A DNA stretch of 63,227 nucleotides, the filler included, from Dugesia japonica (lineage: Eukaryota): NCBI GenBank assembly GCA_001938525.1. It is 5 parts of 5 records of this genome, joined end to end, with 100 filler letters (N's around TTAATTAATTAA, not from the genome) between each part and the next. Parts side by side here need not be neighbours in the genome. Positions count along the whole stretch, not along the records: positions 46,551 to 54,849 come from MQRL01547379.1; positions 54,950 to 63,227 come from MQRL01239381.1; 3 more parts are not named here. The stretch is one strand, 5' to 3'. Shown here one piece after another: positions 52,000-63,227 of this stretch (its first letter is position 1; each line of letters begins with the position of its first letter). The notes beneath the pieces are model-generated. The model did no database searches and was not told the DNA's origin. It saw nothing but the letters and a program-made list of their open reading frames with translations. A program made the translations under genes and the position numbers.

Positions 52000-53700
52000 T
52001 GTTGGCACTCCATTTTTCGTTAGCTTGACTCAATCAACTGTTAAATTTTGGATTGCAGTCTTGCTGAGACCGATATCTCTTAATATGGGGACCAAGAGCA
52101 AAGACGATAGTTTGGAGAACTTCAAAGTCAAGAATATTAGATCTGATTTTTGTTTGGAGCTCTTTTTAATATTCTTCGTTTTTTTCTCTAATATTTTCTA
52201 TCCATTTTTTGAAATCGGATGGGGTTTTGATGTTTAATAGCCACAATATCTTCTAGATTGATTTAGTATTTGGATTTCAACTCGAATATTTATGATTAAG
52301 AGATCGCAGGAAGAGTTTTTGAAGACGTTGAGAAACGGTTTCTGAAAGGAGCTTTCTCAGTAATTTGTGTATATTGATAAGAAAATGCCAATTGAATTTA
52401 AACCATAGAAAAATGTGCATTTGAAACTTCGATGCAAGCATACAATAACAAAATTTACTATCATTTTCAGTTTTGCTTAAACGAGCATTTATAGGTAAAA
52501 GGTTGGTATTAATATTGCTAATAAATTTCCAAAATCAGATATGGAAAGTTTTCTTTCTGAAGAATTCTGTAGGCGGTCTGGCTCATAAAGAAAATTTTGT
52601 TGAGTAAACCACATTTTCTTTTGAGTCTAAATATTTTAATAGTTGAGACAAATAAGTTCGTGTAGCTTTACAAATGATAGTGATACTACTTCTGAAAGTA
52701 GCAGAATAGACTTTTGAAGATGGGTTTTAGAATCTTCTTTGTTGAGTTTGTCCAGAGCACGATTTTTTCTTTTCGTAACGTTTATTTGAGTCTATATATT
52801 GCGACAGTCTTGTCTGGACAAATGAACTTTCCGTGCGTTTTCTTATTGTAAGCTAGTAAACTGACTATGAAATGTATTGAGTGAATTACTTATTTTGTTG
52901 ATAGGGATTGTTTGTGTATTTAAGAAATTCTGTTAAACGCTGATTATTGCTTGACACATTTATTTGGAATTTACCAATTCGTTTATACGACTGTTCAGGT
53001 ATAAGGTTAGCAGGAAATTAATGTTGGATTCCAAACTAACATTTATTTATCAAATTTCTAAGTAACAAAATCTAGTTAATTATAACAATAATTTCCATGA
53101 TTTAGTTTGACCACCTGTCAGGCAGGAACTTAATCCTCTGTGATTGGAATTTGTCATTCTTTGAACGAATAATTCTTAAATGCATTTTTCTTAACAAAAA
53201 ATAATCTTCCTTTTAATAGAATAGTTAAAAATCTAATAAAATTATATCAGGATTATTTGGTAGATATAATAGACCTTCCTAGCTAAGTTTCACCAATTTT
53301 CCCATGTAAGCATTGCAAAGTGAGATATTGCGTTATCGTGTTACAGAATAACACTATTTGTGTTAGTCAGAACTGATCATCTGTCTTTGAATTTTTGATT
53401 TAAACAAAACAACTTGGTACANNNNNNGACGGCAGCTGTCAGGTGTGGCCTTGAGGAATAAACTATTAGTGAAATGAATATTGTTTACCTCATCAGATGA
53501 AGAGCATTTATTCCTAAATTTTAAAATTGGGCTTTTCAATAGATGGCGGCGTTTGATCAAGTAAACAATAAGCTTGTTTACATACAACATTACTGTATGC
53601 AGTCCATTTTTCTCCATCAGTAATTATACGATCAAGAAAAAAGTCATATCGCTTTCTAAACAATAAAGGAAAACTCACGATTCATACGGTTCTGCTTACT
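52000..53700 (-). mobile_element. Decayed RLE-type (R2/NeSL-like) non-LTR retrotransposon, 3' half
   Basis: LCNAYMGKL (RT domain 4-like); FWKFISN..NLLPINARL..FCYC..MHIF (CCHC-like); TIVFALG and LRDIGLSK (RLE C-terminus-like). Confidence 0.5.
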
Positions 53701-53839
53701 AAGCTTACAAGGAACTACTCTGAGAATTTCTCAATGTATTCTAAATTCTTAATACCAAATCTGCTGAGCCTTTCTTGTTCTAAAGTCAATAAAAGTTTCA
53801 TTAGTTATCTCACTAACTCTACTATTCCTGTTTGCGATA

Positions 53840-54200
53840 TGTGCCTGTCTATCATAGTCAATAAATGTTCTTTACCCATTATGCTTGGCAAATGACCCGC
53901 AATGTCAACGTGTTGAACTTTGAATCTCTTCTGGTTTGGTAGTGATTCTAAGATTGATTTTATCTTGATATTTTTAGTCTTGGCAAATGAGACATTTTCT
54001 TGTTCATCTTCTGATGTCAGATGTTAAGTTGCGCCATACATAAAATTTTTTGACCATCTATAAAGAGCTGTTAGCCCGGGAATGTGAGAAATTGTGTATT
54101 CCCTAAACTTCTTTAAATCTGAGGCAACTTGGCAATATTATTCTTTCTCGACCATAAAATATTATCATTGATATCCTAAATTGCAGGGCACAATCAATCT
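53840..54200 (-). pseudogene. Gypsy RNaseH-integrase fragment
   Basis: EYTISHIPG; QHVDIAGHLPS.MGKEHLLTMIDR. Confidence 0.5.
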
Positions 54201-54849
54201 TCCGTTTATCAACTGGTTTTTTCTTAATATTATACAACAACTCTTACTATGTTTCTAATTTGACTCAGCCACTCTGATACTTTGAAACAACATAAATTTA
54301 ATAAACATCTCCTTTGCAGATTAAATTATCAGTTATTATATTGATTGATGAACATAAACGAAATTAATTAATAACTATCAAAATACAACGTGAAAATGAG
54401 CTATCTACCAATAAATTTATCATAAAATAAATTTCTCTCATATCTTGTTAATTAGCAAGAGAAAACTGATGCTCACTAAACTAACTTCCCATTTTCCCAT
54501 TTTCATTAAAATATCAATTTTTTTTATTGAGATAAGACATTTATTTCAATAATAAAACTTATTGTAATCCATTTAAACAAATAGTCAACTGTTTTCTGTA
54601 ATTATAATTCTTAATAAAATAATAAATTTTAATAAATTACAAATGAAAATTATTTATTAAACAATGCCCTTGTTAATTTGTTTAAATTTTATTTTAAAGA
54701 TAACTCAAATGTTCGAAAAATAAAGATTAATAAATTAATAAAATTAGTTATATGAAAACTTCAATTTATTCATATTTTTATAGACAAATTTTATCTTTAA
54801 GAAAATATTAAAAAAAAATGTTTTCACTATCGATTAATTTAAATTTCAG

Positions 54850-54949
54850 NNNNNNNNNNNNNNNNNNNNNNNNNNNNNNNNNNNNNNNNNNNNTTAATTA
54901 ATTAANNNNNNNNNNNNNNNNNNNNNNNNNNNNNNNNNNNNNNNNNNNN
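54850..54949. other. Artificial contig linker
   Basis: N44-TTAATTAATTAA-N44. Confidence 0.97.
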
Positions 54950-55069
54950 TTATTATTTCATTACAATTTCTTTAATATTACTGATATAAATTATCATTAT
55001 TTATATTATAAATATTATTTTAACACTGGTTTATTATCAAAGACTTTATCTCTCTCTCCTTCTTAAAAG

Positions 55070-56511
55070 GCAATTGAATCTTTGATTGTAAGAATGATGA
55101 TATTTAGATTTATATTATTTTATAATGGCCATAGGCCAAACTAGTAATTTTTTTCACCCAAAAACGTTTATCGTCTAAGCACGAGAGTGCACATTTCTTG
55201 CTTTCTATCGTATAAATCTGATGATTTATTGACCGAAAGCTAGTTTGCTTAACTTTAATTATTTCACCAACTTGTTTTTCTTCATTTTCTTCTTCTTCAC
55301 ATATGCCATTATATTACATTTAAATAATATTAGTTGGCTTTAAACTAATACCTTTGGCTTTCATCGTTATAGTTGAATTTTTTTTATTCTTCAAACTGTA
55401 ACACTTTTGTCTCAAAAAACTCTTTCATCATAATCTTCTCATTGACCTTCATCTTTGAACAACCCGATTTTGTTGGCCATTTCAGTAGTATAGAGTGGAT
55501 GATCTTTAAGATAATTACTGGTATCGAGCAAACCATCCGATTTCATTTCCAACAAAAGTCGGTTTTTTTCAACTCCACTTCAACCTGGACTTGTACTATA
55601 AATTCAAAGTCTTTAAATGGTAAAAGCTGTGTTAAGGCCCAACCATATAAATTATTTACATCAATGTAAAGCAGTGAGGTATCCATCTCATCTGCCTGAA
55701 CGTAATGCCTATTTACAAACTTCATGCTACCTCTAATTCCTAATTCAAATAATATATACATCTCCGGATCCTGTAATAATTCCAAAGGCTTTTCCATTGT
55801 TTTGAAAGCACTTGATCAACTCAATCACGGTAATGATAAAAATCGAAGCGGTTCTAATCCATGCTCCTAAAGAGCCTTTTTTCTCAATGCTTGAAATACA
55901 TCTGCCAAAAGAAAAATGTCGAGCTTCATGTAATATAGCATATATTCTAAGAGATTCTTGCTCTGAGATTCCATCCATTTGATACTCTTGATCTGTTATT
56001 TCTTGCCATTTTTGTGGTAGAGATTTTTGATTAATGAGCATCTCATAAGATGTTGCAAACTTGTACGGGAATATTCCTTTACTCTGGTGTCCTTGCTGTG
56101 CTAATTCACTTAATGTAATCGGCCAGCTTTCAAAATTTGCAGTTAATGCTGATATTGAACTGCTCAGAAATTGAAAAGAATCAATAAACCGAATTGTGAC
56201 TGCATTACCCGCACATGCAAACATTGCAAGGAATCTTGCGGTTGTTTGCGCAATTAGTCAGAACTCCCAATGTGTGAATTTATTTATTGCATACTTTATT
56301 ATATCGTGTTAATCATAACCTTTAAAGTTGTGAAACACAACAGGCAATTCCATTCTGATTTTCTAGATAATTTGCACTGATTGCATGCAGCTCCAAGATA
56401 TTTCCCTGAGAAATGATCATGATTTCGAACTAGTGTCTTGTTTTTGTTACCACGTAAGTAGCAAAATGTGCTTTTTATAAATAAATTTTGTTCGAGTGTT
56501 GTTAATTTCAT
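55070..56511 (-). pseudogene. Protein-primed PolB, internally deleted
   Basis: VRNHDHFSGKYLGAACNQC, RFIDSFQFLSSS, KGIFPY, LLYIDVNNLYGWAL, MKAKGI, ALSCLDDKRF, SLAYGHYK. Motifs B and C not seen. Confidence 0.92.
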
Positions 56512-56639
56512 GTCTACATGACAAGGTCACGCTTGAAGTTTGAAACTTTACAATCAAAACATGAAGGTTTACCATTATAAATATATGTAATTATTGAGGC
56601 TTATCACTAGTTTTACCTGAGAACAAAATAGATGCGAAA

Positions 56640-57115
56640 GATCTTGATCTCAGGTGTGAAAGTTCATTATTTACATTAATGTGTTATAATTCATGCAGAA
56701 AAAGCCTTAAGATTGTGAAAATTGAGTATTTACATCAAGGTATGAAAATATACGCATAAAAAACATTTATATAATAACAATCTTTTTATATTGTAATCCA
56801 TGAAGCGTCATGCGCCATGCATAAAACAGAATAGGTGTGTAAAATCTAGATCTAAGGTGTGAAAGTTTATTATTTACATTAAGATGTGAAAGATCACACA
56901 TAAAAAAAACATTTAGATATTGAAAGTTCGGTGTTTACATAAAGAAACAATAAAAAAATCAATTGTTTACTTAAAGGTGTGAAAAATGGCGCCAAAGATA
57001 GGAAAGTTCAAATTTCAGGTATTAATTTCCATCGTTTGCATTAAAAGTGTAAATATTCACACCTCAATTCAATATTCACATCAATTTCAATTGTTTACTT
57101 TAAAGGCGTGAACCA
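56640..57115. repeat. Degenerate repeat array of AGGTGTGAAA and TRTTTAC motifs
   Basis: AGGTGTGAAA at 56652, 56855 and 56975 plus variants. TATTTAC/TGTTTAC at 56668, 56727, 56871, 56932, 56964 and 57092. Confidence 0.75.
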
Positions 57116-57407
57116 CTTCCAATCGTGTTCGCAAGTATCCACCTACTTTGGTTTATTATTTCTAGATAATATATTTTCCTATATTTTTATGTACATGAAG
57201 AAATCCCCGTTATTTATCCTGATTGCTATGTTTCTATAACTATTACCGATCTATTTGAAATGATAAGTAATCAAATTTTAAAAAAAGAGTCAATCAATTT
57301 AAAATAAAAAATAGAAAATGTATTATTCAAAACATTACACAATGAAAGTAATAATTTCATTAAAATAAGAAAAAGCTTCGATCAAAATATAATTTATTTG
57401 TAAAAAG

Positions 57408-57441
57408 GTTCAAATTTTCGACAATAGTTTTCTTCAGGAAC
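57408..57441 (-). ncRNA. Minimal hammerhead motif (Penelope-like), degenerate
   Basis: gttc-CTGAAGA-aaactattgtc-GAAA-attt-gaac, followed by TTTTGATCGAAGCTTT as in the 42843 copy. Confidence 0.6.
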
Positions 57442-57444
57442 ATG

Positions 57445-60185
57445 TTGGCTTCTTGAGATATTCAATACAATAGATCTCTTAACGAAAGCTATGTTTACCA
57501 ATAAGCTCTAAGTTGCGAGTGGCAAATTCTCTAAAGATTATGGTGTCAGGATTTCGTGTTCGTAGAGCATGAACAATGATTTGAATGTAATATTCATCTA
57601 TAGATGGTATCAGGCCAAGTCCACCAAGATTGGATGGTACGTACAGAAAGGCATTATTATGACTGGTATTTAGAGCCTCAATAATTTTTTAAAATCATTT
57701 TATTGATTATTTGGTCATAGCCAGGTTGACCGGTGGAACTATCAACTGGTTTATGATGAAGATTGTTGAGTTTCATATAGAGAATATTTCTATTCCTCAT
57801 TGAGTAAATAAATCTCGAATGAATGAATATTTTGTAAGCTTGGATTTTCTGAGAAGGATGAAAATCTGAGTCTGCAATCTTGGTGTAATCCTCAATGGCC
57901 TTTGATATTATTTTCTCAAGGTTACACTTTTTCTTTTCACCAACAGGTACACCTAAGTAATTGTAGAGGTTCTCCTCGTCAATGATAGGAAGTTTTTTAC
58001 CATAAATCTGAATTTCATTAAAGATGAATTACCGGTTAGAAGTAAAGTAGCCACATTTGCTGGGTCTGAATTTAAGTTGATAAATCTCAGAGAGACCAAC
58101 TATATGATTTATCATTGCAGCACTCTTCCGTTGGTTATTTGTCCTAAGTACGAGATCATCATTTTAGGCAATGATGGCTGTATTGAAGCCAGAATTTATA
58201 AACGGAAATTTTATTGCAATATCCTTGATCAAGAAGTCAATAGTAAGGCTGAATAGAGTCATTGACATAGGACATCCTTGATTTACACCTTTGCAAATTG
58301 CGATATCGCCAGTGTTAATGTCGAGACATCGGTAACTAGGATATACATCAGTGTATAGATCTCTGAGAAATTGAATAGTATCACAGTGGAGACCCATTTT
58401 CTTCAGAGTATTCCATAGTAATTCATGTGGAAGACTTCCAAAAGCATCAGCAAGATGTGAACAGCCAGCGGAGACATTGACAGCATTCTGAGTAATTGAG
58501 AAAAGGCATCCGTTCTTTATCCATTGAAGGAGACGATAGTTCATTATAATTGCAAAGATTCTGTAGGAGGTGTCTAAAATAGCAATTGGCCTTCATGATG
58601 AAGCAATGTGAGAATCGTCTTCCTTTCCAGGTTTGAGTATAAGAATTGTATGGAAGTGTATCTATTGGTTTGAGATTTCCTTTTTTATAAGAACTTTGCT
58701 AAAGAGTTCTTTAAGGAAGCTATGAATATTGTCTAGTTTGATACAGTCTAACTAGCAGATTTTGTCAAGGCCAGGAGATGATTTGTTGGCACAGCTAAAA
58801 GCATGTTCAACTTCTCTAGTAGTGATTTCGTTGTTGGTGTGGAAATCTTTAGAGGCAGACAGAATATGATTTTTGAGTAGATTAAAGTCGAGATCTTTTG
58901 TTTTAATCTGGTTAAATTCTTTGATGATGTCTTCTTTAGTTGGACATGAATCAGGTGAGGAGGAGCCAATGATTTCGTCGAAAACCGAGGATGGATTCTT
59001 AAGATATCTCGTTTGTAATTTGCATTTTGATTCCATCAAGTTTTTTCTCATATAGTGATAAGACTGCTTAGGATTTCTGTCTTTGAATTTTGTTAGGTGA
59101 AATTTTGGCTAATTCCTTTTGGATTTCAAGAAGAGATTCAGATGTTGTGATTAAACCATTTGCTAGCTTTTTAGTGATTTAAGATATGCTATCCCGGTTA
59201 CCTTCTTTGAGAGGTTATATGTTTATCGTTTTAATGTGCTTATAGATCACATCTTCTATGTTTTTTCGGTATTCTTTAACATTTGGAACAGATAAGTAGT
59301 TGTTGCTTAGGAGACATTTTGCATGATGCAGAATGAATATCCCACTGTCATTGTCATTTACCTGTATAGGGTGGTTAAATGATGCTTCCGAGTTGATAGT
59401 AGTAGTTGGGGAAAATTTTGTTCTGTTTATTCTAAAGTTGGATTTGATCAACAGAAAGGTAAGCACTACTAGGATCTAAAAGGATAGATTTGTTCCTCTT
59501 TTTTTCAACAAAGTAAAGGATCTAGTGATTGTTGTTCCAATTGTATGGAAAAACGAGAAAGTTTGCATTATGGAAATTGGTAAAAGGAAATTTTCTGTAA
59601 AATTTACCCCAGTTATTGTGAATAAGAGCATTACTGATATGTGGATCAATAAACAGCTATTTTCCATTCAGAATAATTTTTTTGAGATAAGCTTCTATGA
59701 CATGGTTACTTAGTCATAGTTGTGATGCATCTGATTCAACAAGTAGAAAGTCTCCAGTTGTTTGCAAGGGAGCTTCATTTCTTTTGTTTTTTTTGCAAGA
59801 ATCCATATGTTGAATTAAGTTTTCGAGGTTTGCACTATATTCACAATTGCAAAGGATGAGATCATCTGTATCCTTAATTTCTTTAATGAGATTGAGGTTG
59901 ATATTTTCCTTGATTTTGATGGTGTTTAGTGGATTATTAAAGGGAGAACCACATATAATAGGCCAATGCAGTAAGTATGTAGCCTTGATAGCAATGAAAA
60001 GACAAGATGAAGATACCATACGGAAAGCAATATTGTAGAAGTAGATATTAAAGTTCGGATGTCCGAGAGAAATTCAAATTGATTGTGGAAGAGCGTTTGA
60101 GTCAAAATTATTGAAAGATTTCGCAGCTGAACAATAGTGTTGAATAAACATGTAACAAAATAGCTGTTGTCATCAAAAAAACCGG
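57445..60185 (-). mobile_element. NeSL-like non-LTR retrotransposon with Ulp1 protease and RT, 3' truncated
   Basis: Ulp1: VFPYNWNNNH.ILY and PIQVNDNDSGIF. RT: SSPGLDKI, PIAILDTSYRIF, LADAFGSLPH, GVNQGCPMS, IIA.NDDL, RPSKC, YNYLGV, FLYVPSNLGGLGL. Confidence 0.85.
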
Positions 60186-60189
60186 TTTG

Positions 60190-62015
60190 ATTTTTTTTCA
60201 TTTATGGGCGATGAAATGAGTAATATTAACAATAGCGTTTGTTTTGTGCGCTATCCATTAAGTGATAAAAATTACATTAAAAAGACGTTTTTCGACTTTG
60301 TACCAGTTGCCTAAACTAACGGAGACACAGTAGCAACTGCTATTGCTAATTTATTTTCATGTCGAGGTATTGATTTAAAGCAAGCTGTTTGCTTTTCTAC
60401 AGACTGTGTTTTCAATTTTAGTGGACAAATAGCAGGGTTCACGCATTGCTAAAAAGCAGACTTTGCACTCAAACTGAACATGAAAACCGAGGTAGTCATA
60501 GACTTCAACTGGAGATTCAGAATGCATGAAATACAAATACGGTAGTGAATCGTGTAATATCTATGCTAGTCTCTTTTTACAAATCATTTTCTAAAAGTTC
60601 AAAAAGAACTGTAAAACTAAGAGATATGGACATATTGTTAGAAATTCCTATTTTGAAAACGGCAGAACAAGCAGCCATTAGCTGGCTAGAATATAAATCT
60701 TGTGTGAAAAGGATGTTTAAAATTTCTCCATCTGCTATTGTTACACTGGAATCTATTCATACTAATAGCAAAGACTACGCTTCAACCGCTGGTGGTATTC
60801 TGCTTGAGTTCAAAAATTCTTCTACTATATTTTGTTTATTTGTTATTAATGATGAACTAAAATTATTATGAGACCTTAGCTGGCTGTACCAGTATTTGTC
60901 AAGTGACCTGTTACAAGCTATTTCTCTTACCAAAACAGTTATTAATTATATGTGGTTATTGCATTGATAACAAACAATTCGATGCTGCTAGACCGACCAA
61001 AGTATTGATAATAGTGTCGCGAAAAAGGGCTGTAAATTGATAGTGAACCTAATTACTCAAAGATATGTTTTTTTTGAATTTTTTTGCCTTTTGAAATCTT
61101 TACAACAGTTTCTCAAATGCTTGTTGAAAATTCAAACATTCGCTTCAGCGATGATGCTGTAAGCTTGATAAATGCTTATCGTTTGTTTGATTACTCATTT
61201 ATAGACGGTTTTAATATAGTCAATATTGTCAAGCAACTTTTGCCGTTTATTAATCAAAGTTATGAGATAAATCAAAACTATTTTGCTGACTTGTTTCTCC
61301 TGATTCCTTCAAATCTAGTAAGAAGTTAATGATGGATTTAATTCACTGTCCAAATTCGGTTTTAATCCAATAAATTTGTAAACTAGTAACGATTTATTTA
61401 TTACTACCATTGGGAACAGCTACAATTGAACGTTCCTTTAATGTCCTCAGCAGAATTTTTTGTGCTGAACGTAATTGCATATCACTAATTCACCCAGATC
61501 ATTTGCTTTGGATTTCATTTGAAGATCCAAACGTTCCGGATGATAAATTTCTTGATAAGTTTATAATTAATGAGCTTTTAAGCCATTTCGAATATTATTG
61601 TAACTTGTAAATCATTCTTTAGGAACTTAATATTAATGTTTGTTCGATGAATTCATGTTTGAATTAGTCTGTGTAATAAATTGATACTTCACATTGGTAA
61701 GTATCCTCACCTTCGGATAGAAAAACGGATTTATTTACTTTTTCCATCAACAGTACTCAACAATATAGTATAAATTCATTTTCCATAAATGGACAATACG
61801 GACCTATTTATTTAAATGATTAATAAGCTCTTTAATCGATCAAATTATGACCTTAAGATTGCATATTTTGTTATAACCAGTCAATTTTTGGTAGAAACAA
61901 GCTGCATTTGAGTGGTTACCTGTATATCCCACTTTCAACTTCCATTAATTTTTTGAGATGCCACCCTTGATGACCTAACGTCTCCACCTTGTGTAAATTT
62001 CTGGATAAAACCCTG
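60190..62015 (+). mobile_element. hAT DNA transposon remnant (transposase and right end)
   Basis: FFSFMGDEMS, CFVRY, GIDL..CFSTD, HRLQL, SSKRTVKL, TATIERSFNVL..RN (dimerization domain). Terminal CTGGATAAAACCCTG, reverse complement CAGGG, is TIR-like. Confidence 0.85.
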
Positions 62016-62324
62016 TATACTATTATTTTTTATCTAAAATTATATATATTACTTATTAAAAACGAATATTCAAAAATTGATACTTTATATAAATTATTTA
62101 TACAAAAAAATTTATGTTAAATCTACTTTCAAGTGCTAGTAATTTATTGTAAGCAATTTATGAAATAATTTATAAGTTAATCCATAACCTTGATATTTGT
62201 TTGAAATCATAAATTTCATTAATGTAATTGTAATATTTTAACTTTTCATTTCTTAATATTTTTCGAATCAAAATGAAAATATAATTTTTATATCATAAGT
62301 TATCATCAAAATATTACCCTCTGT

Positions 62325-62340
62325 TTATAATAATAATGGA

Positions 62341-62380
<40 letters not shown>
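62325..62380. repeat. (AAT)n microsatellite
   Basis: Direct AAT repeats. Confidence 0.9.
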
Positions 62381-63227
62381 AAAATAAATGAAAATATTTT
62401 TATTTTAAGCAGTTTTATATAAGAAGATTTATTAAAATTTTTATAATATATTATAAAACATGTCAAATGAAAAATACTTCATTGATATATGGAAGTCACT
62501 TTTTTATACGTCATTTGTAAGAGAAAATTTTAAAAAATTAATATACATTTGCTAGACGATTAATTTTTCGAAAACCTTGGTTTCAACAGTAATAAAAAAT
62601 TGGAGCTATTTTTGATACTTTAGTTCGTCATTGAATACATCTCTTTGGAAAGATTAGATTTTAACTATTAGGAATATGGCAACTGTGGTTTTATTTTCAT
62701 CCATTATTTCTTTTTTAATGATATTTTCATTTTATTTGCTTATTACCATTCTGAACTGTTTATCAAAAATCTTTTTCTGCTCTCTTTTTCGTTGTTTTTT
62801 GTGTTGAAAATTCAACTTCCGGAATCAAATCTGAATTTCATTGGAGGTTATTTTGGTTGTTAATATATTCTGATCGGTGTATCCATATTTCGTTGCTAAA
62901 GAAACTAAAATCTAGTACNNNNNNNNNNNNNNNNNNNNNNNNNNNNNNNNNNNNNNNNNNNNNNNNNNNNNNNNNNNNNNNNNNNNNNNNNNNNNNNNNN
63001 NNNNNNNNNNNNNNNNNNAACTTAAGTTCCTTTTTCAAAGCTTTATGATAATATCCCACTAATACACCAGTTTCCTGATTTACATACTTTTTGGACTATT
63101 CTGCATTAATATTGATGCATTATTAGTTAAAAGTTTTTTTCTTCCTAGGCGCTTTTTAATTTCAGTGCTACCTGTATTCCCAAGTCGTGTAATAAGATCA
63201 TCGAGAGTTGAGATGCTTGGTACCATC

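Noticed and set aside
53280-53345. Telomerase-like RT motif (LCNAYMG)
   Set aside because: Downstream CCHC-like and RLE-like motifs fit a non-LTR retrotransposon better, and no TERT-specific motifs were seen.
25759-54949. Four identical TTAATTAATTAA motifs centred in N runs
   Set aside because: Each is exactly 100 bp with six-frame stops, so these are assembly linkers. Synteny across them is not evidence of a linked system.
62700-63227. Possible minus-strand host exons with a 29-nt intron
   Set aside because: An N gap and the window edge interrupt it, downstream frames contain stops, and no domain is recognisable.

Overview
A very AT-rich eukaryotic transposon graveyard. It is built from five contigs joined by artificial N44-TTAATTAATTAA-N44 linkers, so adjacency across those joins is unproven. 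Main contents: several decayed Ty3/Gypsy LTR retrotransposons; at least three diverged Polinton/Maverick (adintovirus-like) copies or fragments carrying packaging ATPase, integrase, minor and major capsid, adenain protease and protein-primed PolB; mariner, Tc1/IS630-like and hAT DNA transposons; a TA-flanked MITE; two RLE-type non-LTR retrotransposons, one NeSL-like with a Ulp1 domain; and four Penelope-type minimal hammerhead ribozyme motifs with covarying stems. Host genes are limited to three spliced exons of a Cys-rich protein and the 5' end of a gene with an N/Q-rich exon, both with short (39-54 nt) introns. The most unusual item is a Gypsy-like polyprotein (about 5.3-10.4 kb) with a duplicated capsid C-terminal domain and roughly 18-20 zinc knuckles on both sides of the protease. 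Its modules are separated by a recurring hydrophobic-x-Met-Leu/Gln motif that may be a protease cleavage site. All calls come from reading motifs by eye; no database searches were run.
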